Shown here: in pieces, positions 29,651 through 39,789 of the stretch
Position numbering within the stretch: the first letter of the stretch is position 1
How the letters are laid out: every line of letters begins with the position of its first letter
Origin: an uncultured Alphaproteobacteria bacterium
GTDB lineage: Bacteria > Pseudomonadota > Alphaproteobacteria > Rhizobiales > Xanthobacteraceae
DNA: 64,000 bases
Assembly (NCBI GenBank): GCA_963819385.1
Contig: CAWFVV010000006.1
Span: 3,149,812-3,213,811 of the forward strand
Reading direction: 5' to 3'
Program-made: the position numbers and the translations under genes
The notes under the pieces: generated by a model
Database searches by the model: none
What the model was told of the DNA's origin: nothing
The model's input: the letters and a program-made list of their open reading frames with translations, nothing else

Positions 29651-30625
29651 ATGACGCTTCGTCGACGCCGATTGCTGGGGTTTGCCGCGATGGCCGCTGC
29701 CCTGCCGATTCTCATGCGAACCGCACGCGCGCAGGGTTTTCCGGCGCGTCCCCTACGCCTCGTCGTCGGCTTCCCGCCCGGCGGCCCGAACGACACGTTG
29801 GCGCGGCTGATCGCCGAATGGCTGTCGCGCCGGCTCGGACAGCCGGTCGGCGTCGAGAACCAGCCGGGCAATGCCGGCAATATCGCGACCGCCGCGGTCG
29901 TGCGGGCGGCGCCGGACGGCCACACGCTGCTGCTGGTCGGGCCCGCGAACGCGATCAGCGCGTCGACGCCCGAGAAGCTCGACTTCGTCTTCCTACGCGA
30001 TATCGCGCCGGTCGCCGGCATCACGCGCGAGCCGCTGGTGCTGCTGACGCATCCGGCCGTGCCGGCCAAGACGACGGCGGAGCTGATCGCTTACGTCAAG
30101 GCCAATCCCGGCAAGGTGCGCCTGGCATCGACCGGCACGTGGAGCTCGCCGCACGTGACGGGCGAGCTGTTTCGCATGCTCACCGGCATCGCGGTGGAGA
30201 TCACGCAATACGGCGGCGGCGGCCCGGCGCTCAAGGCGCTGTCGGCCGGCGACGCGCAGATGATGTTCGAGCCGATGTCGGCCGCGATCGGTTTGGTGCG
30301 CGCAGGCAAGCTGCGCGCGCTTGCGGTCACCACCACGATGCGCAGCCCGGCGCTGCCGGATGTCCCGCCCGTCGCCGACACGGTGCCGGGCTTCGAGGCG
30401 AGCGCCGCAACCGGCATCGGCGTGCCGCACGGTACGCCGGACGCGATCGTCGCGCGGCTGAACGCCGAGATCAACGCGGCGTTTGCGGATGAGGCGATGC
30501 GCGCGAAGCTGCTCGACACGGGCGGGATGGTGCTGCCGGGAACGCCGGCGGAATTCGGCAAGCTGCTGGCAGACGAGACCGAGAAGTGGGGCAAGGTGGT
30601 GCGGTTTGCACGGGGCATGCACTGA
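29651..30625 (+). CDS. Bug-family (TctC) tripartite tricarboxylate transporter substrate-binding protein
   Basis: Signal peptide and TctC family motifs (FPARPLRLVVGFPPGGPND, GTPAEF). Confidence 0.8.
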   Translation: MTLRRRRLLGFAAMAAALPILMRTARAQGFPARPLRLVVGFPPGGPNDTLARLIAEWLSRRLGQPVGVENQPGNAGNIATAAVVRAAPDGHTLLLVGPANAISASTPEKLDFVFLRDIAPVAGITREPLVLLTHPAVPAKTTAELIAYVKANPGKVRLASTGTWSSPHVTGELFRMLTGIAVEITQYGGGGPALKALSAGDAQMMFEPMSAAIGLVRAGKLRALAVTTTMRSPALPDVPPVADTVPGFEASAATGIGVPHGTPDAIVARLNAEINAAFADEAMRAKLLDTGGMVLPGTPAEFGKLLADETEKWGKVVRFARGMH

Positions 30626-30672
30626 GGTGGGGCTCCCTCCCCGTTCTTACGGGGAGGGGGAAGCCACAAGCG

Positions 30673-30866
30673 CATGAGCAAGCGGCGCCCCCTCCCTACC
30701 CTCCCCCGCAAGCGCTGTCGTGTGCACACATCTGATTCGTGCGAGGTCGCCTGCGAAGCGAAAAACGTGAGTCATCAGAGTCATTTCGCCCGTTTTCGCA
30801 AACATCGCATGGCTCAAGGGGTGGGTTCACGTAACCTATTGATCCGGAGTCTCTGTTCGAGATGTG
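30673..30866. repeat. ~195-bp repeated element (MITE-like / candidate sRNA), copy 1
   Basis: ~95% identical to 45974-46166. Internal inverted termini tgtgcacacatctgattc / gagatgtgtgaatcc. Nested between family-C REP units. Confidence 0.7.
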
Positions 30867-30947
30867 TGAATCCAATCCCCCGCAAGCGGGGGAGGGTATG
30901 CGCGCGAGGCGCAAGCGGCGAGCAAGCGCCTCGAGTCTTCGCAGCGC

Positions 30948-32939
30948 TTATCTCCCGTTCGACTTCGGCGCCTCCTGCTTCAGCTTCTCCAGCGCGTCCG
31001 GCATCATGCGGCCGAACAGGGAGCTGAGCAGCGCGGTCGGGATCAGGCCGCCACCACTGTTTGCGCCGTCCTGGCCCTGCGTGCCCGACATCAGGAATTG
31101 CGGCACCAGCGGCTGGTTGATCTTGGTCAACGCGTCGGCGAAGCGGGCGAAGTTCTGCTCCGCCAGCCGATACTCGGGGCCGCCATAGGCGTCGACCGCG
31201 AGCTTGGTCGACTGCGCCGTGGCGGTGCCGATCGAGAGCGTGCGATCCGCCTCGCCTTGGCCTTCGAGCCGCGATTTCTCGCCACTCGCGGCGGCGGTGA
31301 CCTTGACGGTCTCGGCGTCCTTCTGGGCACGCGCGAGCGCGGCCGCGCCCTCGTTCTCGTGCACCTTGATCTGGATCAGCGACTGGGTGAGCGCGGTTTG
31401 CGCCGCGGCGGTCGCCTTCGCTTCGTTCAAGGTGCGCTCCTGCACGGCGGCCTTCTCCTGCTCCTGGAAGGTCGTGACCTGCTCGCGCGCGACCTGGCGG
31501 GAGCGGAGCTGGATCAGGATGTTCTCGATCGTCTGGTCGCCGGCCGAGGCGCGCGGCGTGCCGATCAGCACTTCCTGCAACTCGAGCGAATAGGCCTCGA
31601 ACTTGGTCTTCATCTGCTCGGCCGATTCCTCCTGGATGGCGGCGCGGTTCTGCAACAGCTCGATCAGCGTCATCTTCTGCGCGATGTTCTTGAAGAACGC
31701 GCTGACCATCGGGTCGAGCGTCTGCTCGACCAGCTTCTTCACGTCGCCGAAGCGTTGGATGATCATCGGCGCCTTCTTGTAGTCGATGTGCATCACGACG
31801 GAGAGCGGCAGGGTCGGCTCGAACGCATCCTTGGTGATGAGCGAGATCTCGGACAGGTTCTCGTCGAGCTTCATCTGGCTGGTCTCGCCACGCACCCACT
31901 TGAGGATGAAGTTGACGGTCGGAATGATCTCGATCTTGCCGGCGTAGGTATTGAACGCGTACTTGCCGGGCAGCAACGGATCGCGCCAGACGCCGCGGCT
32001 GCCGTTCATCACCAGCTCGCCGTGGCGATATTGCTCGCCGGAGACATCCTCGGTCTGCGGACCGGTGTAGAAGACGACGACGCCGACATTGCCGACCGGG
32101 ATGATGATCTTCGGCACCGCCTCGACGGTGGCGAACAACCGGTTGATGTACCAGGTGCCTTCGAGCAGGACCTGCAGCTGGCGGCCGCGGTAGCCGCCCG
32201 CATGGAGAAATTTCTCGGGCTCCTGGAAATTGTTGTGGAACGCGTCCGCCTGATGCAGGTCGGTGCCGACCTCGGGCGCGATGATCTCGCCCGACGGCAG
32301 CGACGGCCCGTCATGCACCGTGACGATGCCGACGAGATCCTTGTCGGCCGCAAGCATGATCGGCACGAAACCGTCGCGATCGGTGATCGTCTGCTGCATC
32401 GCGTTGAGCACGTCCTGCTCCTGCGCGCTCAGCGCATGGCCATAGACGCGCTCGTCCGTGATGACGGCGAACTGCGTGGTGTTGATCGCATAGGTGCCTT
32501 CGCGCAGGACCTTGCGCTGCGGCCCCTTCTGGCCGCCGCCCAGCAGGAAGCGGCGCGCATCCTGGAAATCGGACTTGTCTTCGGTATCGTTCGCGGCGAG
32601 CACCTGCGAGGACCCGAGCGGCGCGCCATCGCGCGCAAATACGTAGGCGATGCGGCCTTGTCCGACGGTGACGAGATCGGATTTGTGGATGCGATAGGTG
32701 AACGGCATGAAGACGTGGATGCCGCCGCGCAGGATCTCCGGCTCGAATCCGGCTTCGCCATGCAGCGCGATGAAGCCCGATTTGATCGAGCCTTTCGGCG
32801 CCCACATTTTCTCGACGATGCCGACCTGGTTGTTGGGAATATAGCGGAAGACGTTGGCCATCCGGATCAGGATGAGAATCACGATCGCGGCTAAAAGCCA
32901 AAGTCCGATGACGATGCCGTGGTCTATGAGGGTATCCAT
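30948..32939 (-). CDS. SPFH-domain flotillin-family protein
   Basis: N-terminal TM helix, band-7 domain, long coiled-coil Ala/Gln-rich C-terminus. Confidence 0.75.
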   Translation of the reverse strand: MDTLIDHGIVIGLWLLAAIVILILIRMANVFRYIPNNQVGIVEKMWAPKGSIKSGFIALHGEAGFEPEILRGGIHVFMPFTYRIHKSDLVTVGQGRIAYVFARDGAPLGSSQVLAANDTEDKSDFQDARRFLLGGGQKGPQRKVLREGTYAINTTQFAVITDERVYGHALSAQEQDVLNAMQQTITDRDGFVPIMLAADKDLVGIVTVHDGPSLPSGEIIAPEVGTDLHQADAFHNNFQEPEKFLHAGGYRGRQLQVLLEGTWYINRLFATVEAVPKIIIPVGNVGVVVFYTGPQTEDVSGEQYRHGELVMNGSRGVWRDPLLPGKYAFNTYAGKIEIIPTVNFILKWVRGETSQMKLDENLSEISLITKDAFEPTLPLSVVMHIDYKKAPMIIQRFGDVKKLVEQTLDPMVSAFFKNIAQKMTLIELLQNRAAIQEESAEQMKTKFEAYSLELQEVLIGTPRASAGDQTIENILIQLRSRQVAREQVTTFQEQEKAAVQERTLNEAKATAAAQTALTQSLIQIKVHENEGAAALARAQKDAETVKVTAAASGEKSRLEGQGEADRTLSIGTATAQSTKLAVDAYGGPEYRLAEQNFARFADALTKINQPLVPQFLMSGTQGQDGANSGGGLIPTALLSSLFGRMMPDALEKLKQEAPKSNGR

Positions 32940-33124
32940 GGTCGCTCCCTGCGCGTGCTGCGCTTTGCCTCCGTCCACCCGGCCGGCGGAGCCTATGTAG
33001 GTAGGGGCAAGCCGCCCCGCCAGCTGGAGGTACAACCAAAAGACGTCAATCACAGAACGTCCCTGCTGAATTAAGAATCAGCGAAACGACGGCGTTTACG
33101 AAAACGCCGGCGGCGACTTTCCTC

Positions 33125-34216
33125 TTATGCGTTGATTCCGAGAAGACGCGCGGCGTTGCCGCCGAGAATCGCGACCCGTTCGTCGTCGCTCAGCGTCGTG
33201 GTGGCGAAGATGTGGTCGACCGGATGCTGCTCCCACGGGATCGGATGATCGGAGCCGAGCATGAGCTGGCTCGTGCCGACCTGCGCCGCGAGATGGCGCA
33301 GCGCCTCCGGCGTGAACACGAGGCAATCGTAGTAGAGCTGGTTGAGATATTCCGACGGCTTCTTCTTGAGATGGATGTCGGGATTGCAGCTCTGCGGCGA
33401 GACGAAGCACGCATGATCGTCGCGATCCGCGTAGGACGGCAGATAGCCGCCGCCGTGCGCCGCGATGATCTTCAGGCCGGGGAATTTGTCGAGCGTGCCC
33501 TCGAAGATGAGATGCTGGAGCGCGAGCGTGGTATCGAGCGGATTGCCCACCGTATTGGCGAGCCAGCCGTTGCCCTTGAAGCGGGCGGCAAGCTCGGGCG
33601 TGCTCTGCGGGTGGATGAACAGCGTGGCGCCGAGCTCCTCGGCCTTGGCCCACACGGGATGATATTTCGGCTGCGCAAAGCTGTCGCCGGCGACGCTCGC
33701 GCCGACCGCGGCGCCGCGCAGGCCCTGCTTCTTCACGGCGGTCTCGAGCTGCGCCACCGCCAGGTCGGGATATTGCAGCGTGAGCGACGCGAAGGCGGCG
33801 AACCGATCGGGCTTCGACGCGCACAGCTCGGCGAGCTTCTCGTTGTTGATGCGCACGATCTCGGCCGCCGTATCGCGGTCCTTGCGATACCAGAACGGAT
33901 TGACCGACAGCACCTCCATGTCGATCGCCATCGTGTCCATCGCCTTGAGGCGTTCCTCGACCGCGACGTACATCTGGTCGGCGCCCTTGGTCACCGGCCG
34001 CACGCGGTTCGCCTGGTCGCCCATCAGGGCGACCGCCTCATGGAAGAGGCAGTGCGCATGCACGTCGATCGTCTTGACGCGCTTGCCGTTGACCATCACG
34101 GGCAGCGCATGCGGCGCGGCAGGCTGCTGCGCCCGTGCGGCGTCGAGCAAGCCGCAGCTGCAGAAGGCCATGCCGGCGGCGCCGGCTCCTCTGAGAAATC
34201 CTCGGCGGGTCGTCAT
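33125..34216 (-). CDS. amidohydrolase-2 family protein, Tat-secreted
   Basis: RRGFLRGAGAAG twin-arginine signal, HAHCLFHE metal motif. Confidence 0.7.
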   Translation of the reverse strand: MTTRRGFLRGAGAAGMAFCSCGLLDAARAQQPAAPHALPVMVNGKRVKTIDVHAHCLFHEAVALMGDQANRVRPVTKGADQMYVAVEERLKAMDTMAIDMEVLSVNPFWYRKDRDTAAEIVRINNEKLAELCASKPDRFAAFASLTLQYPDLAVAQLETAVKKQGLRGAAVGASVAGDSFAQPKYHPVWAKAEELGATLFIHPQSTPELAARFKGNGWLANTVGNPLDTTLALQHLIFEGTLDKFPGLKIIAAHGGGYLPSYADRDDHACFVSPQSCNPDIHLKKKPSEYLNQLYYDCLVFTPEALRHLAAQVGTSQLMLGSDHPIPWEQHPVDHIFATTTLSDDERVAILGGNAARLLGINA

Positions 34217-34264
34217 CGCGGCAGCTTCCTCCCTGTGTTTGCCGCGGACGATATCAGTCGCGGC

Positions 34265-35017
34265 TCAGCCGAGGTAGGCCCCGCCGTTGACGTGGATGGT
34301 CTGGCCCGTGATGTGGCGCGCGCCCGGGCCGCACAAGAATCGTACCGTCGCGGCAACCTCGGCGGGCGGCACGCGATCGCCCGTGAGCGTGTGGTGCGTC
34401 GAATGATGCTGCGGTTCGGGACCCGCGCGCGGCGTGCCGACGAGGCCGGGCACCACCAGGTTCACGGTGATCTTGTGGTCGCTGAGATCCTGCGCGAGGC
34501 CGCGCGTAAAACCGACGAGGCCGGACTTTGCGGTAATCACATGCAGGCGATCGCGCGCGCCGGTGTGGCCGCTCATGCCGCCGAGATTGACGATCGCACC
34601 GGCGCCGCTCGCCTTGAGGTGCGGCAGGCAAGCCTTCACACACATAAATGGGCCGTCGAGCGTGACGGCCATCACGTCGCGCCACTCCGCGAGCGTCATC
34701 TGGTCGAGCGGCTTCTCGCGCCGCAGCGCCGCATTGTTGACGAGGAGGTCGATGCGGCCGAAGCGCGAGACAGTGGCCGCGATCATGCGCTCGACCGCGC
34801 CCGCATCGGCGATATCGGCGAGCACCGCGATGGCGTGCCCGCCGTTGCGCGTGATCTCGGCGACGACCGCATCGGCCTCCGCCTGGTTCGACCGCGCATT
34901 GACGACGACCGCGGCGCCGTCCTCGGCGAGCATCAGCGCAGTCGCGCGCCCGATGTTGCGGCCCGCGCCCGTGACGATGGCGACGCGATTGGCGAGGGGT
35001 TTAGCGGAAGAGGTCAT
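34265..35017 (-). CDS. SDR-family oxidoreductase
   Basis: TGAGRNIGRA cofactor motif, NNAA, catalytic Ser...Tyr-x3-Lys (YTAKSG region). Confidence 0.8.
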   Translation of the reverse strand: MTSSAKPLANRVAIVTGAGRNIGRATALMLAEDGAAVVVNARSNQAEADAVVAEITRNGGHAIAVLADIADAGAVERMIAATVSRFGRIDLLVNNAALRREKPLDQMTLAEWRDVMAVTLDGPFMCVKACLPHLKASGAGAIVNLGGMSGHTGARDRLHVITAKSGLVGFTRGLAQDLSDHKITVNLVVPGLVGTPRAGPEPQHHSTHHTLTGDRVPPAEVAATVRFLCGPGARHITGQTIHVNGGAYLG

Positions 35018-35161
35018 TTACCATCCATTCTGAGCGCGCACTCCCTCCCCCGCTTGCGGGGGAGGGTGGGGAGGGGGCGCCGCTTGCGCATGAGTATGCC
35101 GCTTCCCCCTCTCTGTCTCTCCCCCGCAAGCGGGGGAGAGACGCTAGGGCCGCCAGCGCTT

Positions 35162-36535
35162 TCACCCACGCAATGCGGTCAAATCGATCTTTCCTGCATA
35201 AAGCCCGCGCGCGAGCTTGAGCACCGCATCGATGCGTGCCTGACTCCAGCCGCCGTGGCGGGCGCAGAGCGCGAACTTGTCCTCGATATCCTTCCTCGAC
35301 AGCGGCTCGTGCGCGCCGCCGCGGATATGCGGCTGGCGCTCCTCGATCTCGCGGCCGTCGTTGAGCACGGCGCGGATGTGGCCCGTGAAGTTGTTCGGAT
35401 AGGGATTGTTCGGATCGATCACGTAGCGCACCTTGCCGGCGACCGCGACGACCGCCGGCTCCTTCACGGCCGCATCCGTGAAAGCATCGAGCCCGACATT
35501 GCCGCGCACGAAGCCCGCGGCGACGCAGTAGGGCGTCGAGAACTTGGCGCTATAGCCGTTGGGCGGCCGCTGCTTGTCGGCAAGCGGCTCCCACAGGCGG
35601 TGCACGGTCCCCTCGCCGACCTCGCAGATCATCTCCTTGATGTCGGCCGCCTTGATGCCGCGCGCTGCCAGCCGCCGCGCGCAGTCGATGTAGGGATGCG
35701 TCATCGTCCCGCACGGATAGAGCTTGAAGGCGAGCTGCTCGGTGACCCAGCGCGTGCCGAAATCGCCGATCAGCAGGTCGTACTTTCCATCGGTCGTATG
35801 CGCGAAGCCGTGGAAGAAACCGTGCGTGCCCTCGAACACCGTGCGCGGGCCGCTGAACCCGTGCTTCGCCATCAGCGCGGCGCGGATGCCGGACTGCGCC
35901 GCCCATCCGGCGTGCATGCGCTTGGTCCAGGCGCCTTCGGCGAGATACTCGATGATGCCGGCCGCCATGCTGCCCGCGATGCCGAGCGCGTCGATCATCT
36001 GCTTTCGGTCGAGCCGCAGCGCCGCGCCGACGCCGGCGGCGGCCGCCATGGCGCCGAACACCGCGGTCGGATGGAAGCCCGCCTTGTGCACGAGCTTCGG
36101 CGTCACGAGGCCGAGCCGGCACATGGTCTCGACGCCGACCGCGATGCCGAGCAGCGCCGCGCCGCCGTCCGGATTATGCCGCTCGCATGCCGCGAGCACG
36201 GCCGGCACGATCACGGCGCCCGCGTGCACGGGCCCGCCCTCGAAGGTATCGTCGAAATCCTCGCCATGCGCCGCGGTGCCGTTGACCAGCGCGGCGCCGG
36301 CGGCGCTCAAGGTGCGCGTATGGCCGAACGCCGTGCACGGCCCATCGTCGTCGCAGGCCGCGAGCGTCGCCTTGACGTAGTCCTCATTGCGCGCCGTGAC
36401 GCAGAGGCCGAGCACGTCGACCAGGAGGTCCTCGCAACGCGCGCGCAGGCTCGCCGGCAGGCGCTCGGGCGACAGCGGAAGAATGCGATCGACGAGCTTC
36501 TCGGCGACCGAGACGTCGGGAACGTGAGCAGGCAT
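35162..36535 (-). CDS. MmgE/PrpD family protein
   Basis: Full-length 2-methylcitrate dehydratase-fold homology. Confidence 0.75.
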   Translation of the reverse strand: MPAHVPDVSVAEKLVDRILPLSPERLPASLRARCEDLLVDVLGLCVTARNEDYVKATLAACDDDGPCTAFGHTRTLSAAGAALVNGTAAHGEDFDDTFEGGPVHAGAVIVPAVLAACERHNPDGGAALLGIAVGVETMCRLGLVTPKLVHKAGFHPTAVFGAMAAAAGVGAALRLDRKQMIDALGIAGSMAAGIIEYLAEGAWTKRMHAGWAAQSGIRAALMAKHGFSGPRTVFEGTHGFFHGFAHTTDGKYDLLIGDFGTRWVTEQLAFKLYPCGTMTHPYIDCARRLAARGIKAADIKEMICEVGEGTVHRLWEPLADKQRPPNGYSAKFSTPYCVAAGFVRGNVGLDAFTDAAVKEPAVVAVAGKVRYVIDPNNPYPNNFTGHIRAVLNDGREIEERQPHIRGGAHEPLSRKDIEDKFALCARHGGWSQARIDAVLKLARGLYAGKIDLTALRG

Positions 36536-36561
36536 TTTTTGCGTTGACCGTGCTGCGAGGA

Positions 36562-37353
36562 TCAGGCGCCCGTGAAGGCCGGCTTGCGCTTCTCCATGAA
36601 GGCGCGGCGGCCCTCGATGTAGTCCTTGCTCTCGAAGCAACGTTTGACCATATCGGCGCAGCCCTTGAGGTCGCGCTTGCCTTCATCCGCCACGGTCTGG
36701 TTAGCGATGAACTTCACGGCGTTGACGGTGAGCGGCGCGTTGCCGCCGATCGTGTCGGCGTAGTTGCGCACGTAGCCCTCGAGCTCATCGGCCGTCACCA
36801 CGCGGTTGATCAGGCCCATGGCGTAGGCTTCGGCGGCGTCGAACTGGCGCGCCGTGAAGAAGATCTCCTTGGCGAATGACGGGCCGACGAGGTCGCTCAG
36901 GCGCTTGATGCCCGGGAAGCCGTAGCCCAGGCCGAGCTTGGCGGCCGGAATCGCGAAGCGCGAATTGTCGGACGCAATGCGCAGGTCGCAGCACACCGCA
37001 AGCCCGAGGCCGCCGCCGATGCAGTAGCCGCGGATCATCGCGATGGTCGGCTTGGGAAAGTGATAGAGCGCGTCGTTTGCCTTGGCGACGATCTCGTTGT
37101 AGCGCGCGACCGCCTCCTCGTTGGCGCGCTCGCTCTCGAACTTGGAGATATCGGCGCCCGACACGAAGGCCTTGCCGCCCGCACCTGTGATCACCACGAC
37201 GCGCACGTCGTCGTCCTTGGCGAAGCCGTCCATGATCCGGCTCGCCGCGTCCCACATGTCGAGCGAGACGGCGTTGTGGCGCTCCGGATTGTTGAAGGTC
37301 ATGTAGCCGACGCGCCCCTCGGTGCGGGACAGCATCTTGTCGGTCTGGGTCAT
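36562..37353 (-). CDS. enoyl-CoA hydratase/isomerase family protein
   Basis: Crotonase fold motifs (ITGAGGKAFVSGADI, GYCIGGGLGLAVCCD). Confidence 0.8.
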   Translation of the reverse strand: MTQTDKMLSRTEGRVGYMTFNNPERHNAVSLDMWDAASRIMDGFAKDDDVRVVVITGAGGKAFVSGADISKFESERANEEAVARYNEIVAKANDALYHFPKPTIAMIRGYCIGGGLGLAVCCDLRIASDNSRFAIPAAKLGLGYGFPGIKRLSDLVGPSFAKEIFFTARQFDAAEAYAMGLINRVVTADELEGYVRNYADTIGGNAPLTVNAVKFIANQTVADEGKRDLKGCADMVKRCFESKDYIEGRRAFMEKRKPAFTGA

Positions 37354-37377
37354 TGGTCTACTCCGTCAAACCTCATC

Positions 37378-37475
37378 GGTCATTGCGAGGAGGCCGAAGG
37401 CCGACGAAGCAATCTCGATCCATTGAACGAGATTGCTTCGGCGTGCTTCGCACGCCTCGCAATGACGCGGGTGTA
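37378..37475. repeat. REP-like repeat, family D
   Basis: ggtcattgcgagg...cctcgcaatgacg. Confidence 0.75.
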
Positions 37476-37489
37476 TGTTGCGTCTCGTA

Positions 37490-38674
37490 TCAAATCGCGT
37501 TCGCCTGGCGCAGCGCCGCGATCTGCTTGGGCGTGTAGCCGAACTCCTTGAGCACCGCGACGGTGTGCTGGCCGAGCGCGGGCGGCGCCGCGACGAGCTT
37601 GCTCGGCGTGCGTGACAGCATCATGCCCTGGCTGACCAGCTTCATCTTGGTGCCCTTCACGGGCTGCGCCATGCCGAGGTGCTTGACCTGCGGATCGGCG
37701 AAGACCTGGTCGATCGAGTAGATCGGCCCGCACGGCACGCCCGTCTTGTTGAAACGGTCGATCCACTCGGCGCTCGAGCGCTTGGCGGTGATCGCCTCGA
37801 TCTCGGCATTGAGCGCATCGCGGTTCTGCGAGCGCAGCGCACCGCTCGCGTATTCGGGCCGCTTGATGAGCTCGGGCGCCTCAAGCGCCTCGCAGGTGCG
37901 CTCCCAGATCTTGCCGCCCGCGGCCGCGATGTTGATGTGGCCATCGGTGGTCCTGAACACGCCGGTCGGGATGCTGGTCGGGTGGTTGTTGCCGGCCTGC
38001 TTGGCGACCTCGCCCTTCATCAGGTAACGCGAGGCCTGGAAGTCGAGCATGAAGATCTGCGCCTGCAGCAGCGAGGTCGTAACGTGCTGGCCCTTGCCGG
38101 ATTGGTCGCGCTCGAGCAGCGCGACCATGATGCCGGTCGCGCACAAAAGGCCGGCCGTGAGGTCCGCGATCGGGATGCCGACCCGCACCGGCCCCTGCCC
38201 CGGCAGGCCCGTGATCGACATCAGCCCGCCCATGCCCTGCGCGATCTGGTCGAAGCCCGGCCGGTTCTCGTAGGGCCCGTCCTGGCCGAAGCCCGAGATG
38301 CTGCCGTAGACGATCTTCGGGTTGATCTTCTTGAGGTCCTTGTAGTCGATGCCGAGCCGGCGCTTCACGTCGGGCCGGAAATTCTCGACCACCACGTCGG
38401 CCTTCTTGACCATCTTCTTGAGCACCGCGACGCCTTCGGGCGACTTGAGGTTCAGCGTCATGCTGCGCTTGTTGCGGTGCAGGTTCTGGAAGTCGGAACC
38501 GTCGCGCGGACCACCGAGCCCTTCGCCCAATTCGATCTGCGGCGGCATCTCGATCTTGATGACGTTGGCGCCCCAGTCGGCGAGCTGACGGACACAGGTC
38601 GGCCCTGACCGCACGCGCGTGAGATCGAGCACCGTGAAACGCGAAAGGGCCTTCGAGGCCCTGGGGCTAGGCAT
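37490..38674 (-). CDS. CaiB/BaiF family (class III) CoA transferase
   Basis: VLDLTRVRSGPTCVRQLADWGA..., active-site Asp region. The start is placed at MPSPRASK; the upstream in-frame extension is low-complexity. Confidence 0.75.
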   Translation of the reverse strand: MPSPRASKALSRFTVLDLTRVRSGPTCVRQLADWGANVIKIEMPPQIELGEGLGGPRDGSDFQNLHRNKRSMTLNLKSPEGVAVLKKMVKKADVVVENFRPDVKRRLGIDYKDLKKINPKIVYGSISGFGQDGPYENRPGFDQIAQGMGGLMSITGLPGQGPVRVGIPIADLTAGLLCATGIMVALLERDQSGKGQHVTTSLLQAQIFMLDFQASRYLMKGEVAKQAGNNHPTSIPTGVFRTTDGHINIAAAGGKIWERTCEALEAPELIKRPEYASGALRSQNRDALNAEIEAITAKRSSAEWIDRFNKTGVPCGPIYSIDQVFADPQVKHLGMAQPVKGTKMKLVSQGMMLSRTPSKLVAAPPALGQHTVAVLKEFGYTPKQIAALRQANAI

Positions 38675-38792
38675 GTGGGACGTCTCCCAGGCGGGGGTCT
38701 TACGGGGGCCGCAGCGAGGCCCGGATCGGGTCCGCGACGGATAGCGAAATGCCCGGAAAAAGGCCAGTAAAAAGGCCCGCGAATCAGGAGGG

Positions 38793-39587
38793 TCAGGCCG
38801 GCTTGCGCGCCGTGTGGATCGCCACGATGCCGAGCGTGAGACGCTCGAAGGCGATGTCCGCAAAGCCGATGGCGCGCAGCTCGATGGCGAGGCGCTCGGC
38901 GTCGGGGAATTCGTGCACGCCCTTGAGCAGGTAGCGGTAGGCCGACGCATCGCCGCCGGTCGCCAACCAGCCGATCAGCGGCAGGCAGATGTCCATGTAG
39001 CCGAGATACAGGCGATGCAGCCACGGCAGCACGATCGCGGACGCCTCGAGCGCGACGAACCGCCCGCCCGGCCGCAGCACCCGGAAGGCCTCGCGCATGA
39101 CGCGGCCGCGATCGCAGATCTTGAGGCCGAGCGAGATCGAGAAGAGATCGAGGCTCGCGTCGCCGACCGCGCGCAGGTCGTGCGCGTCCATCACCGCAAA
39201 CGTGGGCTCCGCCGGGGCGATCCGCCGCCGCGCGATCGCCAGCATCGCGGGGCTGATGTCCGAGACCGTGATGGCGCGCCGCGCGAGCCGCGGATCGCGC
39301 AGCACCCGCAACGCCACGTCGCCGGTGCCGGCGGCCGCGTCGAGCATGCTGTCCCATGGCTCGGCGGCGATCAGCGCCGCGACCCGGTGTTTCCAATAGC
39401 GATGGATGCCGAGGCTGAAGAGATCGCACAGCACGTCGTAGCGGCCCGCGATCCGGCCAAATACGTCGTCCGCACCGCCATCGAACGATGCCGCATTCGT
39501 CGTCGACAATGACCGCCCCCGCAGCAACCGGCTTGCCGCGATTAGAGTAGGATAGAAATCGGGGATCCGGCCAGGGCGCCGCGACAA
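38793..39587 (-). CDS. class I SAM-dependent methyltransferase, UbiE/MenG family
   Basis: UbiE signature DVLCDLFSLGIHRYWK and SAM-binding LDAAAGTGD. Confidence 0.7.
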   Translation of the reverse strand: MSRRPGRIPDFYPTLIAASRLLRGRSLSTTNAASFDGGADDVFGRIAGRYDVLCDLFSLGIHRYWKHRVAALIAAEPWDSMLDAAAGTGDVALRVLRDPRLARRAITVSDISPAMLAIARRRIAPAEPTFAVMDAHDLRAVGDASLDLFSISLGLKICDRGRVMREAFRVLRPGGRFVALEASAIVLPWLHRLYLGYMDICLPLIGWLATGGDASAYRYLLKGVHEFPDAERLAIELRAIGFADIAFERLTLGIVAIHTARKPA

Positions 39588-39789
39588 GCTCAGCGGGCCC
39601 TCTCCCCCGCTTGCGGGGGAGAGCGGGAGAGGGGGAAGCCGCGAATTCGGAGGCTGCCGACTTGCCCCCTCCGGCGCGCTTCGCGCGTATTCCTCCCCCG
39701 CAAGCGGGGGAGGGGGAAGAAGGGCCGCGGTCCACTAAATGCCATATCATCCAGGCACGGAAGACGCCGCCCGCCCGCGGAGATGCCCC

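Noticed and set aside
30948-32939. Flotillin/SPFH gene as part of an NfeD-flotillin operon
   Set aside because: No NfeD/YqiJ-like membrane protease gene upstream or downstream. Flanked by REPs and a convergent amidohydrolase.
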